This document shows, in pieces, positions 10,225-22,497 of a DNA stretch of 64,000 nucleotides. Within the stretch, counting starts at the first letter, position 1. Each line of letters begins with the position of its first letter. The position numbers and the translations under genes were made by a program. The notes below the pieces were generated by a model. That model had not been told where the DNA came from and searched no databases. It worked only from the letters and a program-made list of their open reading frames with translations. Source of the DNA: Oopsacas minuta (lineage: Eukaryota > Animalia > Porifera); NCBI GenBank assembly GCA_024704765.1, contig JAKMXF010000365.1:992001-1056000 (forward strand), read 5' to 3'.

Positions 10225-11610
10225 TATAATATGATTCTACAACTATTTTTATTATGATATTAAGTTATAAATACAACATCATGAGCGTAGCAAGCTCATA
10301 AATGCTGTCTGACCACCACCAGTATAATAATGCAACCTGCCCTGCTCTGGACCCATCAGTAATAGAACTCACAGTATTTACAAAAATGGTTCGGCCCTGA
10401 ACATGGCGTGACATTTGCCCTTTAGGCCATTATCGTTAATTGTATATAGTAGGGTTAGCAAGGGGGAAATACAAAAAAACTTACAGCACTAGAGAGGCAG
10501 TATAGAAATAATAATTTTTTATTGTGGCTAAGGTGCCTATTATTAATATTGTAAAATAATTCAAAAGGTAAACTGTGTATAATTAAAGGGAGGAAGCTTG
10601 ATAAATGGATATGTAAATCGAGTCTTAATACTACTGATACTACATAGGAAAAACTTCAAATTCGCTAAGAGAGCAATGAATAAAGATAAATATACAATGG
10701 TAGGTCAACAGTTAATCATGAATTCAAAGTAAACGTATTTGTATAGTGAAAGATTGTAGATAACGCCGGTAATGTAGTATTAACCGTATTATGTGTAATG
10801 ATTGTATGGTTTGCTTATAATTTAAGTTTGATGCTTCGAAAATTCAAATAGTCTAGGCGCGTAAGTTAAATCGAGAACTCATTTAGGCGCGCTACATAAA
10901 AACCCGGAAGAAGCTCTGAGTACGCTGAATCCGAATTTCGCATTTTCAAGTTTCTCATATGTAAATTTATTGTTGTTTTTATTGAATATCAAGTAAACAA
11001 ATTAGCAAAATCTCAAAATTTACTTAGTCACTTGCTATCAACGGCTACAAAGGGGGACAAATGAATAACTGTATCCGCAGCTGATGCTTTGTTGACAATT
11101 ATCCTAAAACATCCTAAGAGGTAATAAATATAAAAGAGATCAATTAATGGAATAAACTTTGAAGACATTTGATGATCCCGTTCAATACTTTAGAAATATA
11201 AGTTATATTAGTTTATCTGAGAATCCAGAATTAACAGCAGGTGATCAATTTCGAGAATCCTAAATATAAATTCTGCCTCATGCAATAACCTCGTCGTGAA
11301 TCTATAAAATTAATTTATTCAAAATACCATAATTTGCAATATTCCTCAATCAAGTGTTCACATTAACCCTTCTTTGATAATAATACACACATTTATACGA
11401 TTTAAACTAAGATCGCATGAAGCATAATATCGCTTATAAATCATATAATTAGAATTCGTATTAACACCCTAACCTTTTAATGAGTGCCATATGAGTACAA
11501 TCTGAGCCAAATAAGTGCTCAATACCAGTCATCCAGTGAGTTGTAAATAGCTTCGCTTATTATAAATAAGAGCATTAATTAATTGTTTGAATATATGTCT
11601 GTATTCTCCA

Positions 11611-12807
11611 ATGGGAAGCAAAGCTGAAGAAACATATTCGAAACATATTCATCGGTATAATTTCAAGTTTATCATTGAAGAACCAGAAAAAATTGGGAAT
11701 GGAATTAATGCTTTTTTGGTGTACATTGTCAGGTATGAGACAAATCTTCCCTCTTTCACTCAGTCGCAAAATAGTGTAAGAAGAAGATACAGCGATTTTC
11801 TTAAGCTCTTCATGGATTTGTCATCAAGATATGCAAGATTTGGGCACATAATCCCAACAGCTCCAGAAAAATCCCTTCAAACATTGACTAAGGTTAAATT
11901 AGGGAAGAATCTCGAAGCAATTAATTGTGAAGTATTCCTGGAAAAGAGGCGTGGTGCATTAGAGAGATTTTTAAACAGAATTGGAGCTCATCCCGTGCTC
12001 TGTCTAGACAGTGGATTCAAGAACTTTTTGGAAGCAGAAGGAGATTTACCCAGAACAAGAGAAACAGCTATGATCAGTAAAGAAGGCATCAGGAGAATGG
12101 TCAAGGATGTGGGAGATCATTTTCCTAAAATGGGAAAGAGATCGACAGAGACTGATATGTGGTTTGAGATGAAACAGACTCAGTTCGATAACTTGGAAAT
12201 GCAAATGAAAAAGTTAGCGAGAGCAATTGATCATCTGGTTTTAGAGAGACAGAAGTTATGTGATGCCTGTTTCACATTTTCAAAAGATTTAACTGTGTTA
12301 GGACAAGTGGAAACTAAATCTGAGATATGCGTTTCAATTCAAGCTTTGTCTGATTTGGAGTTTAAAATGGGAGAATTTAACCAGCAGCAATGGAAACTAG
12401 AATTCCTGCTACTTGGAGAACTGATTAAAGATTACCTTGGATTAATTAGTTCTATTAAAAAGTGTTTCGTTGAGAGAGCTCGCATTTTTAAATCTTGGCA
12501 GAGATTACAAGGTGCTCTGATACTCTCAAGAGAAAAAGAAGGGAAATTCCAAGTCCAAGGCAAGCCAGAAAAACTGATCATAATTCAAGCAGAAATTACT
12601 TCTATCTCCCAACAAGCATTAGAAAACGAGGATTTATATGATAGAATTTCTGAAAATATAGCTGAAGAAATTGAAAACTTTGAATCACAGAAATCTGTGG
12701 ATTTCAAAGCAACAATCAAACGTTACCTACAATGCCTTTTGGATCAGCAAGAGCAAATAGTGAAATGTTGGCAAGGTTTCCAGCCTGCTTTACTTAGGAT
12801 GATGTAG
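11611..12807 (+). CDS. SNX1/SNX2: Sorting nexin 1/2 (PX-BAR, Vps5-like)
   Basis: PX domain (EPEKIGNGINAFLVY...VRRRYSDF...IIPTAPEKS...FLEKRRGALERFLNRI..HP) followed by a Vps5-type BAR domain. First ATG at 11611. Intronless, and lacks the long N-terminal tail. Confidence 0.88.
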   Translation: MGSKAEETYSKHIHRYNFKFIIEEPEKIGNGINAFLVYIVRYETNLPSFTQSQNSVRRRYSDFLKLFMDLSSRYARFGHIIPTAPEKSLQTLTKVKLGKNLEAINCEVFLEKRRGALERFLNRIGAHPVLCLDSGFKNFLEAEGDLPRTRETAMISKEGIRRMVKDVGDHFPKMGKRSTETDMWFEMKQTQFDNLEMQMKKLARAIDHLVLERQKLCDACFTFSKDLTVLGQVETKSEICVSIQALSDLEFKMGEFNQQQWKLEFLLLGELIKDYLGLISSIKKCFVERARIFKSWQRLQGALILSREKEGKFQVQGKPEKLIIIQAEITSISQQALENEDLYDRISENIAEEIENFESQKSVDFKATIKRYLQCLLDQQEQIVKCWQGFQPALLRMM

Positions 12808-13979
12808 TTACATTCTCATATTGTTCATTTATTTATATAGTTATCTTACAAACTAATTATAGTGTAATAATTACTCTTCTTTGGATATTGACAAAAACAT
12901 GTTAGTCATAATACAACATGTAATGTATTGTACTCTTGTGTTTTGTTTCAAAAGTCGGTAGTAATAAATATTTCCTCATTAATAATATTATTAAATTTAT
13001 CAATAAGATCCACTTTCTAATAAATAATGCATACATACATACAACGGCCATTGGTCACCTATCACCAGTGGCTTTATTAAAATCTCTATCCAACAGTCAC
13101 CCTTATTCCCTAGTTACCCGATTAGATCTACGAATAACACTACAATAGAGTGAATAGACTGAACTAACAATTTACTTTTATAAGTTGCATGTTTGTAATA
13201 CGATGTGGAGACTGGGTTATATCTGCAAATATCCAACCCAAATTAAATGTTTATTTCTATGTACAATTTTTATATTAATCGGCACTGCTAGATTTCGCGC
13301 GGAAGGATATAAGTGCAAACCTCGAAGGCTCAGACATCATCCATGTCATTGGGGCGTCTACCTGTAGAAAATGCACTAAAAGTCGATCGACAAACAACAA
13401 AGTCCAATTTGGATATATATGACAAACTAGAAAAATGCAAAATAGGAATCAGCGTACATTGTCTCATGATCCCACCTGTGTATCCTTTAATATTATACCT
13501 GTTGAGATCAGATCTCTACCATTATTCAAGATTACAATTATATGCTTACTTTATATTCATAAAAACAACAATAATTTTACACACAAGACTGCACTAAAAG
13601 GTGTTGGACTGTCACGCTATAGTTGGCCCGCAGCTATAAATGGTGCAGTCGTATATTTGATCCGCCAAATGTATTTGTTTGCTAACCCGCCTAACCGAAT
13701 ATCGAATACTGATGTTCGGGAGGCAGCCAAATATTAAACTATTTGGCAAATACATTTGGTTAAAACGAATACTGAACTTTTCGGTTACAACCCTGACTTT
13801 TAATAAATTTCAGAATTACAAATATCATAGACTATGTAATTCATAAAATAGGATCTTGCACTAATCCCTGGGAATCTCTTAGCTACAGTACAAATAGATA
13901 GGAAAATCCATAAATATTACAATTAGAAGGTTTAATAGGAACTAATTCTGACCTACTTTGAGGGGACCAAATATAGAAT

Positions 13980-14280
13980 GACAGGACCTGGCTCCACCTA
14001 CTCGTATACGGGCTATACTGCTGATATATAATACTATATATTTATGTCTCATTCTAAGTTCCCTCATTGGTGTATGGCACCAGAGGCGGAAATTTTAGAG
14101 ACCACTATGGGCATAGAATGTTATGACAATTCCTACCAATATAAGCATTTTCTAGTCATTACGTGTACTAAGTTACTAACCAAGCTACTAGTAGTAGCAA
14201 GCAGATTTCAATTGGTCAGGCTGACCTATGCAAAATATATGGAACCCCCAAATGTTGGACGTTTGAAAAGAGTTACAGTG
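13980..14280 (+). pseudogene. Possible heavily decayed tyrosine-kinase fragment
   Basis: In-order remnants across frameshifts and stops: ACAGGACCTGGCT (HRDLA-like), GYTADI*YY, KFPHWCMAPEA (KFPxRWMAPE-like) and KCWTFE. Weak and could be chance. Confidence 0.25.
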
Positions 14281-14325
14281 GGGATAAAATTTTGATTTCC
14301 ATAACTATCGTTGTTTATGACTATA

Positions 14326-14390
14326 CAGTAGAACTCGTAGACGTACTATTTTTGTCTCACGAGGGGGTATGTCTTATCTCAGTTCTACTG
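14326..14390. mobile_element. 65-bp pogo/Tigger-like MITE
   Basis: TA|CAGTAGAACT ... AGTTCTACTG|TA: perfect 10-bp TIRs and a TA duplication. Confidence 0.6.
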
Positions 14391-14519
14391 TATCTCGATT
14401 TGTACATCTCATAGGACAGTTTTGATTCCCCATCACACATATAGTTATAAATATAAAAGAGAATCCAATCAATAAATACAATTATTATTTAAATCACAAA
14501 ACTATAGAGGTTCATTCTT

Positions 14520-15958
14520 TTATTGTGGTTTAGATGGAGTACTGCTAGAAGCTACTTTCTTAGACTTAACAACACGTATAAATTCAGGTTTATGATATAT
14601 CATCCTACCATTCTTATCCTTTGTTGCTGTCATTCCTGGTTTATCATAGCACTGACACCAATCTGCCCATTTCTTGTTGTCTTCAGCATATTTGTTGATT
14701 CCTAGTGTTACCACTTCCTGAGGGACGCTACGACAGAGATCCAGTATATCCTCACCTAGATTCACAAGACAATTTACTTGTATTTACTTGTAGTAATCAC
14801 TAACTAACCTTTAGCTCCCTCTTCCCCCTCAGTATCAGCTATTGCCTGTAGCACATCTCTAGCAGGAAGAAATGGATTGATTCCAGCTCTGAATAGAATC
14901 TCAGCTCGTAAGTAATTACCGATTCCATTAAAATAGAGCTGCTCTAGTAGAGCCTCACAGATGCAATTGTTGAATTGCTGCAAACAAATACATAATTATA
15001 TGATAGAATTATCTGACCTAAACTTCATAGCATTTGTAGAGCAGAGACATACCTTAGCTTTCAGGTTAGAGAGTACATTCTTTCTGAACAGATCATACTC
15101 AGTTAAAGGATCAGGTCCTCTGTTGTCACTCCATAATTCTCCTTTCTCTGCAATATGCCACACACCCCATCCCTTCTGATCTGAGAAAAATAGGGAATGT
15201 GTTGTACAAGAAGTGATAAATTGGAGTTTTGGATATTTAGGAGCTTCTGTTGTTTTATTGAAGAATATTAGGCCTAAGAATTAAGGATAATGCATGTTAT
15301 TCCCAATTAATATAATAAAAGTTTGTTAAATTCAGGTTTCTCAAATCATGAACTGAAATTTGTTTACCAACAACTGCCCAGACAAAATTATTCAGTCATA
15401 TCTAAAATTTTCATATAAATACTACTGTTTTGACATATTTGTTCCGGGAAGAAATATATTTATCTACAAGAATATTTTATGAAAATTGTCACGAATTTCA
15501 CACGTTTGCCTAGTTCAAATATGCATACCTTATTTCCCTGAATAAGAGCTCATGCGTTTCTTCTTTTCGTGTGCATTTTTCTTAAACTATTAACAATTTT
15601 TGAATATATATCATTTTGGGGTACTAATGATCCCAATTTGTGTCATATTTTTCTCGAAACATTCGTTGTGCTAAATGTTCGGTCCCTTTCTCCTTAAGAT
15701 ATTATCTAAACAAGAAACCCCACCTGTCAGGCTGAAATGAACTAAGAGTCTTATCTCTGCATCTGCTCCTGCTCCAATCCCGAAAAGTATTATTGCTAAT
15801 TCTTTACCTCTACATTCTGATCGAATACCGAATTCATCCCATTTAATAGGAATGTTAGGGTTTTTAGCTGAAAAGTTCATTATTGAATTAAAAGTAAAAT
15901 TTTCTCCAGCATCATTGATAATTTTGCAAAACAAAGCAACTTCTCCTAATTCAGGCAT
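14520..15958 (-). CDS. NEIL1: Endonuclease VIII-like 1 DNA glycosylase, 4 exons (15958-15724, 15273-15053, 14977-14809, 14755-14520)
   Basis: Spliced manually using GT-AG junctions with consistent phases: MPELGEV...RGKEL...HFSLTG|LIFFN...PKYPKLQF...DQKGWG...RGPDPLTEYDLFRKNVLSNLKAK|QFNNCICEALLEQLYFNGIGNYLRAEILFRAGINPF...|GEDILDLCRSVPQEVV...WCQCYDKPGMTATKDKNGRMIY. This is collinear with NEIL1 throughout. Confidence 0.9.
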
Positions 15959-16503
15959 TAGCGGAATAATTCTCAAGTTTGAACTGTCCTTGTTGAGATT
16001 ATTATAATTTAATACAGCTATTTATACATAAACTAAAATAGACAAGCATGCCCTATGTCACGAGCCAATTTAATTTATCTCAGGTTACCAATAAATAGAT
16101 TATGTAATCCTTCACACATTTGGTCAATCTTCAAACTGATACTATTCACTATGTTGTAAATGCTAATTAGGATTTATACGTAGCTGGATAGCTGTAACTA
16201 TCGATAGTTATTCGATAAAATAGGACTTAAAACAGATTTAACTTTATTGGATATTAATTTAATTATTTTGTCCAATTCGAAACACGGAGTGCCGAGTATA
16301 CGAGGACACATAGCACTTGGAAGCCGTATAAATTAATAATACACTAAATACTTGCTAGTTGCTACAACCTACAAGGATGATACACGTAGAGTATACCAAA
16401 TTTAATAGTTAAAGTATTAAATCTATTACACGTACATAGATGGAATAACATGTTGTTACTGATAAATATATATACATGAAGGAGATAACTATAGAGTTGA
16501 AGT

Positions 16504-18939
16504 CTAAAACACACGTATTTTGTCCTGTTGCACAAGGACAAGATTCTCATCTATTAGAAGGACAGTGATAAATACCATGAATATAGCGAATGCTGACAGA
16601 ACATGCCAGATGTCATGATCATCATAAAAGTTAAGGAAAATGCAATCATTATTCAACTCTCTTGCGACTGCAGGACTCTCCTCCCAGTGGATTGATGTTT
16701 GTCCCCAGAAGTACAGTGCGAAAGCCCACAATGCAAACGTCAATATCATCATCAACAATACGCACACGAACACGAATGGACGATGAAGAAATTCCTTCTT
16801 CGCAAACTTCTGAATCCAATAGTACAGAGTGTACAATAGCACATGGAGAATGAAGAGGTAGAAAATTGCAGAGGAGACTGTATCCAACAAATCTGGAATC
16901 CATAGAAGCGTTAATACAATGAGTGACAAAACTAAAACAATGTAACACAAGAATATTCTAGACTTGTTATACAGAGGCCAAAATAATTGTCTCAATACTC
17001 GCAAAATGCTCTTATGATTCAACCAATCTTTATAATAGTAGTAGGGCAAGTTGCTGAGAAATAAATTATAAATCAGATAGATCTCGACCAATGTAAATAC
17101 GATCAGTGCCAAGGTTAATATTATCCTTCCGGGGAAGTTGTCGTTATCCTGTCTGAATAGCGTTACATATGTGAAGAAAACAGCTATGGAAAGCATCACG
17201 AATATAGCAAAAGGGTATATTGTAGCTTCAGGGTTTCTATTTTTGTACAATCTTATGAATAACATAGTAGCGATGATATACATGAACGTAGTGTCGAACT
17301 GGTAATTAGTCAATGAGGGACAGAGATGATAGACGCAACTCATAATGCCTTCAAAGAATAGAGCAAGAGCTAAACTATAATACAAGCCAAATACCTGTGG
17401 AATACCTGTAGTAGACAGACCATGAGATTTCAGTTCTCTCATAAAAGAAATATTCTTGATAACAACAATAATGAAAAAGAGGAAACTCAGCAGAAAATAG
17501 CTAACATTACTCCAAATGCTGTTAAATGCAAGAATGGAATTCAGCTCATGAGCACATTTGTAGTTGAAATAGCATATATCCTGGATGCCTGTTGTCCTAA
17601 CTGCTTCATGATTGAGGTAAACTACCTGTAATCCAGGAATAAAGTAGAATACGCCAACGATTATAACAAGGAAAATGTACATTACAGCATTTCTATTCAA
17701 ATATCTCAGAGGGCTTAAGTTTAAATCGCTCAATGCAATTTCCTTCTCGTTTATAATATTGTAGTAGTAAGCTCCTCTCACACGATTATTTAACACTCCG
17801 TTTGAAATACTACTCTTATACATTTCAAGATAGTCACTACTCGATCCTGCAGGATTTTCAACTGAAGATTCCATTTGTTGATCTAAGGTGATAGATTGCA
17901 TTTCACCTGTTTCTGCTACCTCTTGCAATTCAACATGCTTCTGTTCACTCACATTATCATTGTCTTCATGTGCTCTAGAAATAGGAATTCTTAAAAATAG
18001 AGAGAAATGCTTCATTAATTTCGGGAAAAACCTCGCAATTATCAACTCAAATCCTATAATAAATGCAAACAGCACATATGCTAAGAAGAAGATTGCGGGC
18101 ATGACAAGGATGGGGACCCAGAATTCAGTACTCCCCGCGTTGACCACTAGGGATATATTCTTTTGGAAATGAGGTGACGAGATGTTCGTAGAAAACTCAA
18201 CAGAGGTTTGGCATTCAATGGCTGGCAGAGGTATGAGGAACACAGCCATGCGACCTTCTAGGAAGTCTGAGCGTCTCACTCTGAGATCTGCTACTCCCCT
18301 CATAGTCATTTCATAGTCAGGAATTTGTCTGCTGGAGCGTTTGGTAAAATCTGGAGGGCATGAGAAGCTAGCAATTCTTACAAGAGAACAAAGTTCTGAA
18401 ACAGAATTCAGATGCACTTCTACAATTGGTATATCAAAAGGAATATCCAAAACAAAATAAGCCGAAAAGGAGGAAGAAATTGAAGTAGTAGCTTGTTGAT
18501 CTATCTGTATTTGGTTGGGATAAAACCTTGAAACTTTTAACTTATATCGTATTGGATTCACGGAAAAGGTTTGTACTCTAACTGTAATAAAATTTACAGT
18601 ATTATTCAGTTGAGAGGGACAAGCTGTTCTAGAAGTTGTTGTTATTATCTCATCGGGGATTGAATAGAAGGTTGTAGGAAGCGACCAAGCTTCTACATAA
18701 GACTGATGGGAAGCGTATATTTCTATGGGAGATGTGGTATCGTTAGAAAACACAGCTGTTTCGATTCGAAACGATTGAACAGGGAAGGAAAATTCGTAGA
18801 TATGGATAGAATTATTAGAAATGACTGCAGCATACTCTTTATCAATTGAACCTATGATGGTATCTGACAATATAACTGAACTACATATCTGTATTATGCT
18901 CAAAAGGAAGCAGGAAATAATACACACATATGCCTTCAT
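16504..18939 (-). CDS. SIDT1/SIDT2: SID-1 family multi-pass transmembrane protein (SIDT1/2-like)
   Basis: Signal peptide (MKAYVCIISCFLL...), large ectodomain, then TGIQDICYFNYKCAH, AFNSIWSNVSY, GIPQVFGLYYSLALALFFEGIMSCVYHLCPSLTNYQFDTTFMY and ARELNNDCIFLNFYDDHDIWHVLSA motifs. Intronless. Confidence 0.93.
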   Translation of the reverse strand: MKAYVCIISCFLLSIIQICSSVILSDTIIGSIDKEYAAVISNNSIHIYEFSFPVQSFRIETAVFSNDTTSPIEIYASHQSYVEAWSLPTTFYSIPDEIITTTSRTACPSQLNNTVNFITVRVQTFSVNPIRYKLKVSRFYPNQIQIDQQATTSISSSFSAYFVLDIPFDIPIVEVHLNSVSELCSLVRIASFSCPPDFTKRSSRQIPDYEMTMRGVADLRVRRSDFLEGRMAVFLIPLPAIECQTSVEFSTNISSPHFQKNISLVVNAGSTEFWVPILVMPAIFFLAYVLFAFIIGFELIIARFFPKLMKHFSLFLRIPISRAHEDNDNVSEQKHVELQEVAETGEMQSITLDQQMESSVENPAGSSSDYLEMYKSSISNGVLNNRVRGAYYYNIINEKEIALSDLNLSPLRYLNRNAVMYIFLVIIVGVFYFIPGLQVVYLNHEAVRTTGIQDICYFNYKCAHELNSILAFNSIWSNVSYFLLSFLFFIIVVIKNISFMRELKSHGLSTTGIPQVFGLYYSLALALFFEGIMSCVYHLCPSLTNYQFDTTFMYIIATMLFIRLYKNRNPEATIYPFAIFVMLSIAVFFTYVTLFRQDNDNFPGRIILTLALIVFTLVEIYLIYNLFLSNLPYYYYKDWLNHKSILRVLRQLFWPLYNKSRIFLCYIVLVLSLIVLTLLWIPDLLDTVSSAIFYLFILHVLLYTLYYWIQKFAKKEFLHRPFVFVCVLLMMILTFALWAFALYFWGQTSIHWEESPAVARELNNDCIFLNFYDDHDIWHVLSAFAIFMVFITVLLIDENLVLVQQDKIRVF

Positions 18940-19216
18940 TATATATGTAATGTCCAATTTCTAACTATTTTTTCTAATGTTTTATAGGGAAAAATTAATT
19001 GATTAGTTGGTTGGCATATAAATACACGTAAGTATAAAATTTAATTCGTTTTGGTTGTGTTCTGATAAATTAAAAGATAACTACATTTTTATCTTCATAC
19101 AGCAATTAATATCCTTAGCTGGAAATGCCAGCAATCTTCATTTTAATTAATGAATCAAAGAAATTAGAAATAATTACGTCTTGTGGCTGTATTTACTAGA
19201 ATATTCATACTTTTAA

Positions 19217-19355
19217 CCGATTACGGTCGAAGTGTCACTTTCGTAACGAAAAGGAACACTCAAAGTTTACCACTTACTTATTTAACCAATTCCCCTACCT
19301 AAATTGAGATTTCAGCACCTTTTTCGTAAGAATGTGACAGTTCGACGTAATCGGG
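19217..19355. mobile_element. piggyBac-like MITE
   Basis: ~38-bp imperfect TIRs (CCGATTACGGTCGAAGTGTCACTTTCGTAACGAAAAGG vs CCTTTTTCGTAAGAATGTGACAGTTCGACGTAATCGG), flanked by TTAA on the left and TTAT on the right. Confidence 0.5.
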
Positions 19356-19621
19356 TTATAGTAGAGTAATTTTGAAAATTGCTGTGTCATGAAGCAGTCA
19401 TTTTAGAAGGAATTTTGCGACGTTGCCATAGCAAAAACATTTTCAAAAATACGAGAGCTTCGCTCCGTCACTTTTTTGAGAAATTACTTCTCAAATCTAT
19501 TCAGTAATTAGCTCCCACTTATATCTAATTTATTCGAAAAATCCTGGTTATCAAAAATTTCGAAAAAAACGCTAATTGAAATTCACCCATTTTGCAATTT
19601 AGAAACTAAAATTAATAGGAA

Positions 19622-20687
19622 CATAGCCTACTAAACATAAGGCCTAACAGTAACTCGAATTTTTGGCACCAGGGATGCAGTATTAGCTGAAAGCATTTAT
19701 AGACATAGTTTCTTCATTGCAGAAAAATGTATTTTTGGCTGAATAAATGTATTACATTTTTGTAGAACAGCAAATTTTACACAAATAAATGGTAAAAACT
19801 TTGAGGAATGTGTAAAAATATGTGTCTAGTAAGCATTTATTTTGTAAAATATATCATTCTTTGATGCTTTGTAGAACGTTAAATATTGCATTTATCAACT
19901 CAAAGTGAATAAATGAAATGATCTATAGATCCTTTTATACAAAATGTCAAAAATTTGTCATTCAAAAGTTGGCTCGTTGTTGAGTTAAAGTAGAGACCAT
20001 GGATGGCAATTTTTTATGAATATTCAATTATAACTCGAGAATCATTAAAATTATCATAAAATCAAGATAGTCAATTTATATTATTTATCCGACTTCCCAT
20101 ACCCTTGCAATATATTTTGATATGATATCTCTCACCAATGTGACGATGCCCATATATGGTCATTTTCAATATTCTGCAATACTCTTCAATTATTTCATAT
20201 CAAAATATATTGCAAGGGTATGGGAAGTCGGATAAATAATATAAATTGACTATCTTGATTTTATGATAATTTTAATGATTCTCGAGTTATAATTGAATAT
20301 TCATAAAAAATTGCCATCCATGGTCTCTACTTTAACTCAACAACGAGCCAACTTTTGAATGACAAATTTTTGACATTTTGTATAAAAGGATCTATAGATC
20401 ATTTCATTTATTCACTTTGAGTTGATAAATGCAATATTTAACGTTCTACAAAGCATCAAAGAATGATATATTTTACAAAATAAATGCTTACTAGATACAT
20501 ATTTTTACACATTCCTCAAAGTTTTTACCATTTATTTGTGTAAAATTTGCTGTTCTACAAAATGTAATACATTTATTCAGCCAAAAATACATTTTTCTGC
20601 AATGAAGAAACTATGTCTATAAATGCTTTCAGCTAATACTGCATCCCTGGTACTTTTACTGTTAGGCCTTATATTTAGTAGTCTATG
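19622..20687. repeat. Long near-perfect palindrome: arms 19668-20125 and 20195-20651, 69-bp spacer, imperfect 32-bp outer extension
   Basis: Read base by base, the ~458-bp arms differ at two sites I could find (one substitution, one homopolymer indel). Confidence 0.95.
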
Positions 20688-21369
20688 GCGTACGGTAATT
20701 ATTTTACTAATAAATACCAATATTATCGAAAAACCCACAAATCCCATGAAATGAACCATGATCCGTATTAACTTAGCACAAAAACGCAATAGAAAGACTA
20801 TTTAAATAAACTCATAAAAATGGTTAACAAATATGACTTATTTTGTGTTCGCATACACTTTTTGAAGGAATATCTTCGATTTTCTAGGATTGAATTATTA
20901 ATGCTGTTTTTACGGCGAATATCACTAAAATGATTATTTAACGGGTGTTTATGAAAATGAAGATCATCTTTTGGTTACTTTAACTAACATTTAACAAGTA
21001 GAAGGCATTTTGATAAAAAGGATTAGTTGAAGTTTTGAGAATTTCTGAAAAAATTACCATATATGGGCATCAACTTTGATTGCGTCATTGTGGTTAAAAT
21101 AACTTGGAAAGCAGGTTCAAAAGTAGTCTAGATGTCTCCGCCGTATATGGAAACCGACATACAGTCGAATTTGTATTGATAACTGCAATACTTCATTATC
21201 AAAGAGAATATATTCAATGGAACTTATTTTGGCAATTCTTTGCTTAGCTATCCGTGTATATTCCCGTGTCAGGCCATGATCTACATAGTTTTTCATGGAT
21301 CATATTGTCACACCTATTTGCATATTTTGTAAATCATGCCTGTGATTTCGTTTCCAAAGGAGGTAATTG

Positions 21370-22273
21370 CATGAAAATTATTGGAATCTTATCTATAGCT
21401 TAAGGACGAATAAAATATTGAATATCCTAAAATATTTCTCAGATCCTGGAGCCTAAAATCAGTTGGGGTCAGTACCGGATTTAGGAGTGTTCGGAGTGTG
21501 CGGTCGAACCTCCACATTTAGGGGCCTCCACAACTCAACGTCATTAATTTTGTACACACTGTAATTCTACTTTAAACACTTTCGAGTAGAATTACAGTTA
21601 ATCACTTTTTCTGACCTTATTAATGATTTTGCGTCCAGAAAAGCACGCAGAGTGATCTTATAGAGCAGGGGTCTTCAAACGTTTTGCTTTGAGAGCCACT
21701 TTATGACTTTTGATCATAATCCCGAGCCATATGAAAATTCGAAAGACTTGATGAAATTGTTTACCATAACACGAATTGATATTTCAATTTATATATCACA
21801 GTACTAAATAGAGCCTCAGTGAAAATCAAACAAATGCAATTCTAGCAAATTTAACAATGCAACTGTATACACAGAATATAGTTATTGTATATTCATGATA
21901 TATTTGTGCAACTAAATAATTGGAGGTCATGACAAGTCCTGCCATGCTATCACTGGGCGATTTGGGCCTTCGGCTAGGGCGGTACTACTTATAGGGTTGA
22001 ATTTTACATATGCAAATTTTGAATACAATAAACACAAGCATTCTAAATTGAGGAATGGGGACAGGTAGGCGAACCATGATGGCTTTGAATTGGCTTCAGG
22101 GGCCCGGGAATTGCCCTCGAACAGGCCCTCCACATACCTAAATCCGGCACTGGCGCATTGCGGATTTGCGGTATCTACACGGGTGAGGGTCAGGGGGCGT
22201 GCCTGGCCTGAAAAGAATATAAACAAATTATTATCCCAGAGCTGCACTACCAGTTTGTCGGCTGGACATTTTT
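21370..22273 (+). mobile_element. Family-A element interrupted by a CAGT-TIR MITE (21470-22152) that itself contains a hAT-Charlie-like end (from 21666)
   Basis: The flanks rejoin to match 1190-1350. The inner TIRs are CAGTACCGGATTTAGG / CCTAAATCCGGCACTG. CAGGGGTCTTCAAAC at 21666 is a Charlie-type terminus. Confidence 0.6.
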
Positions 22274-22497
22274 ATTTTATTGGGTTTTGTATTAAAATTC
22301 GTGATTTTCTACCCGCGGCAATTATCGACTTCTCAGAAGCAGGATTGCCAGCCCAATTCAATCGAACAAATTTTCTAATCCTGATTGCTACTATTTTCAT
22401 TCGATTGGATTGTCAGATCGGATTATTGATTGTTAACCTCATTTCACTTCAACATATAAGTCGACTAAGATTTAGTCTTTATGTGTATGTGTGTTAG

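Noticed and set aside
16649-18172. Short ORFs overlapping SIDT (and similar ones over TMTC1, ZGPAT, DUF4419, SWI5 and the kinase)
   Set aside because: They are alternative-frame or antisense by-products of long real ORFs and have no recognisable motifs.
21927-22497. ORFs 21927-22247 and 22090-22497, and 1165-1383 with the similar CTxSLSAGHF ending
   Set aside because: They are translations of family-A repeat ends and a MITE, not proteins.
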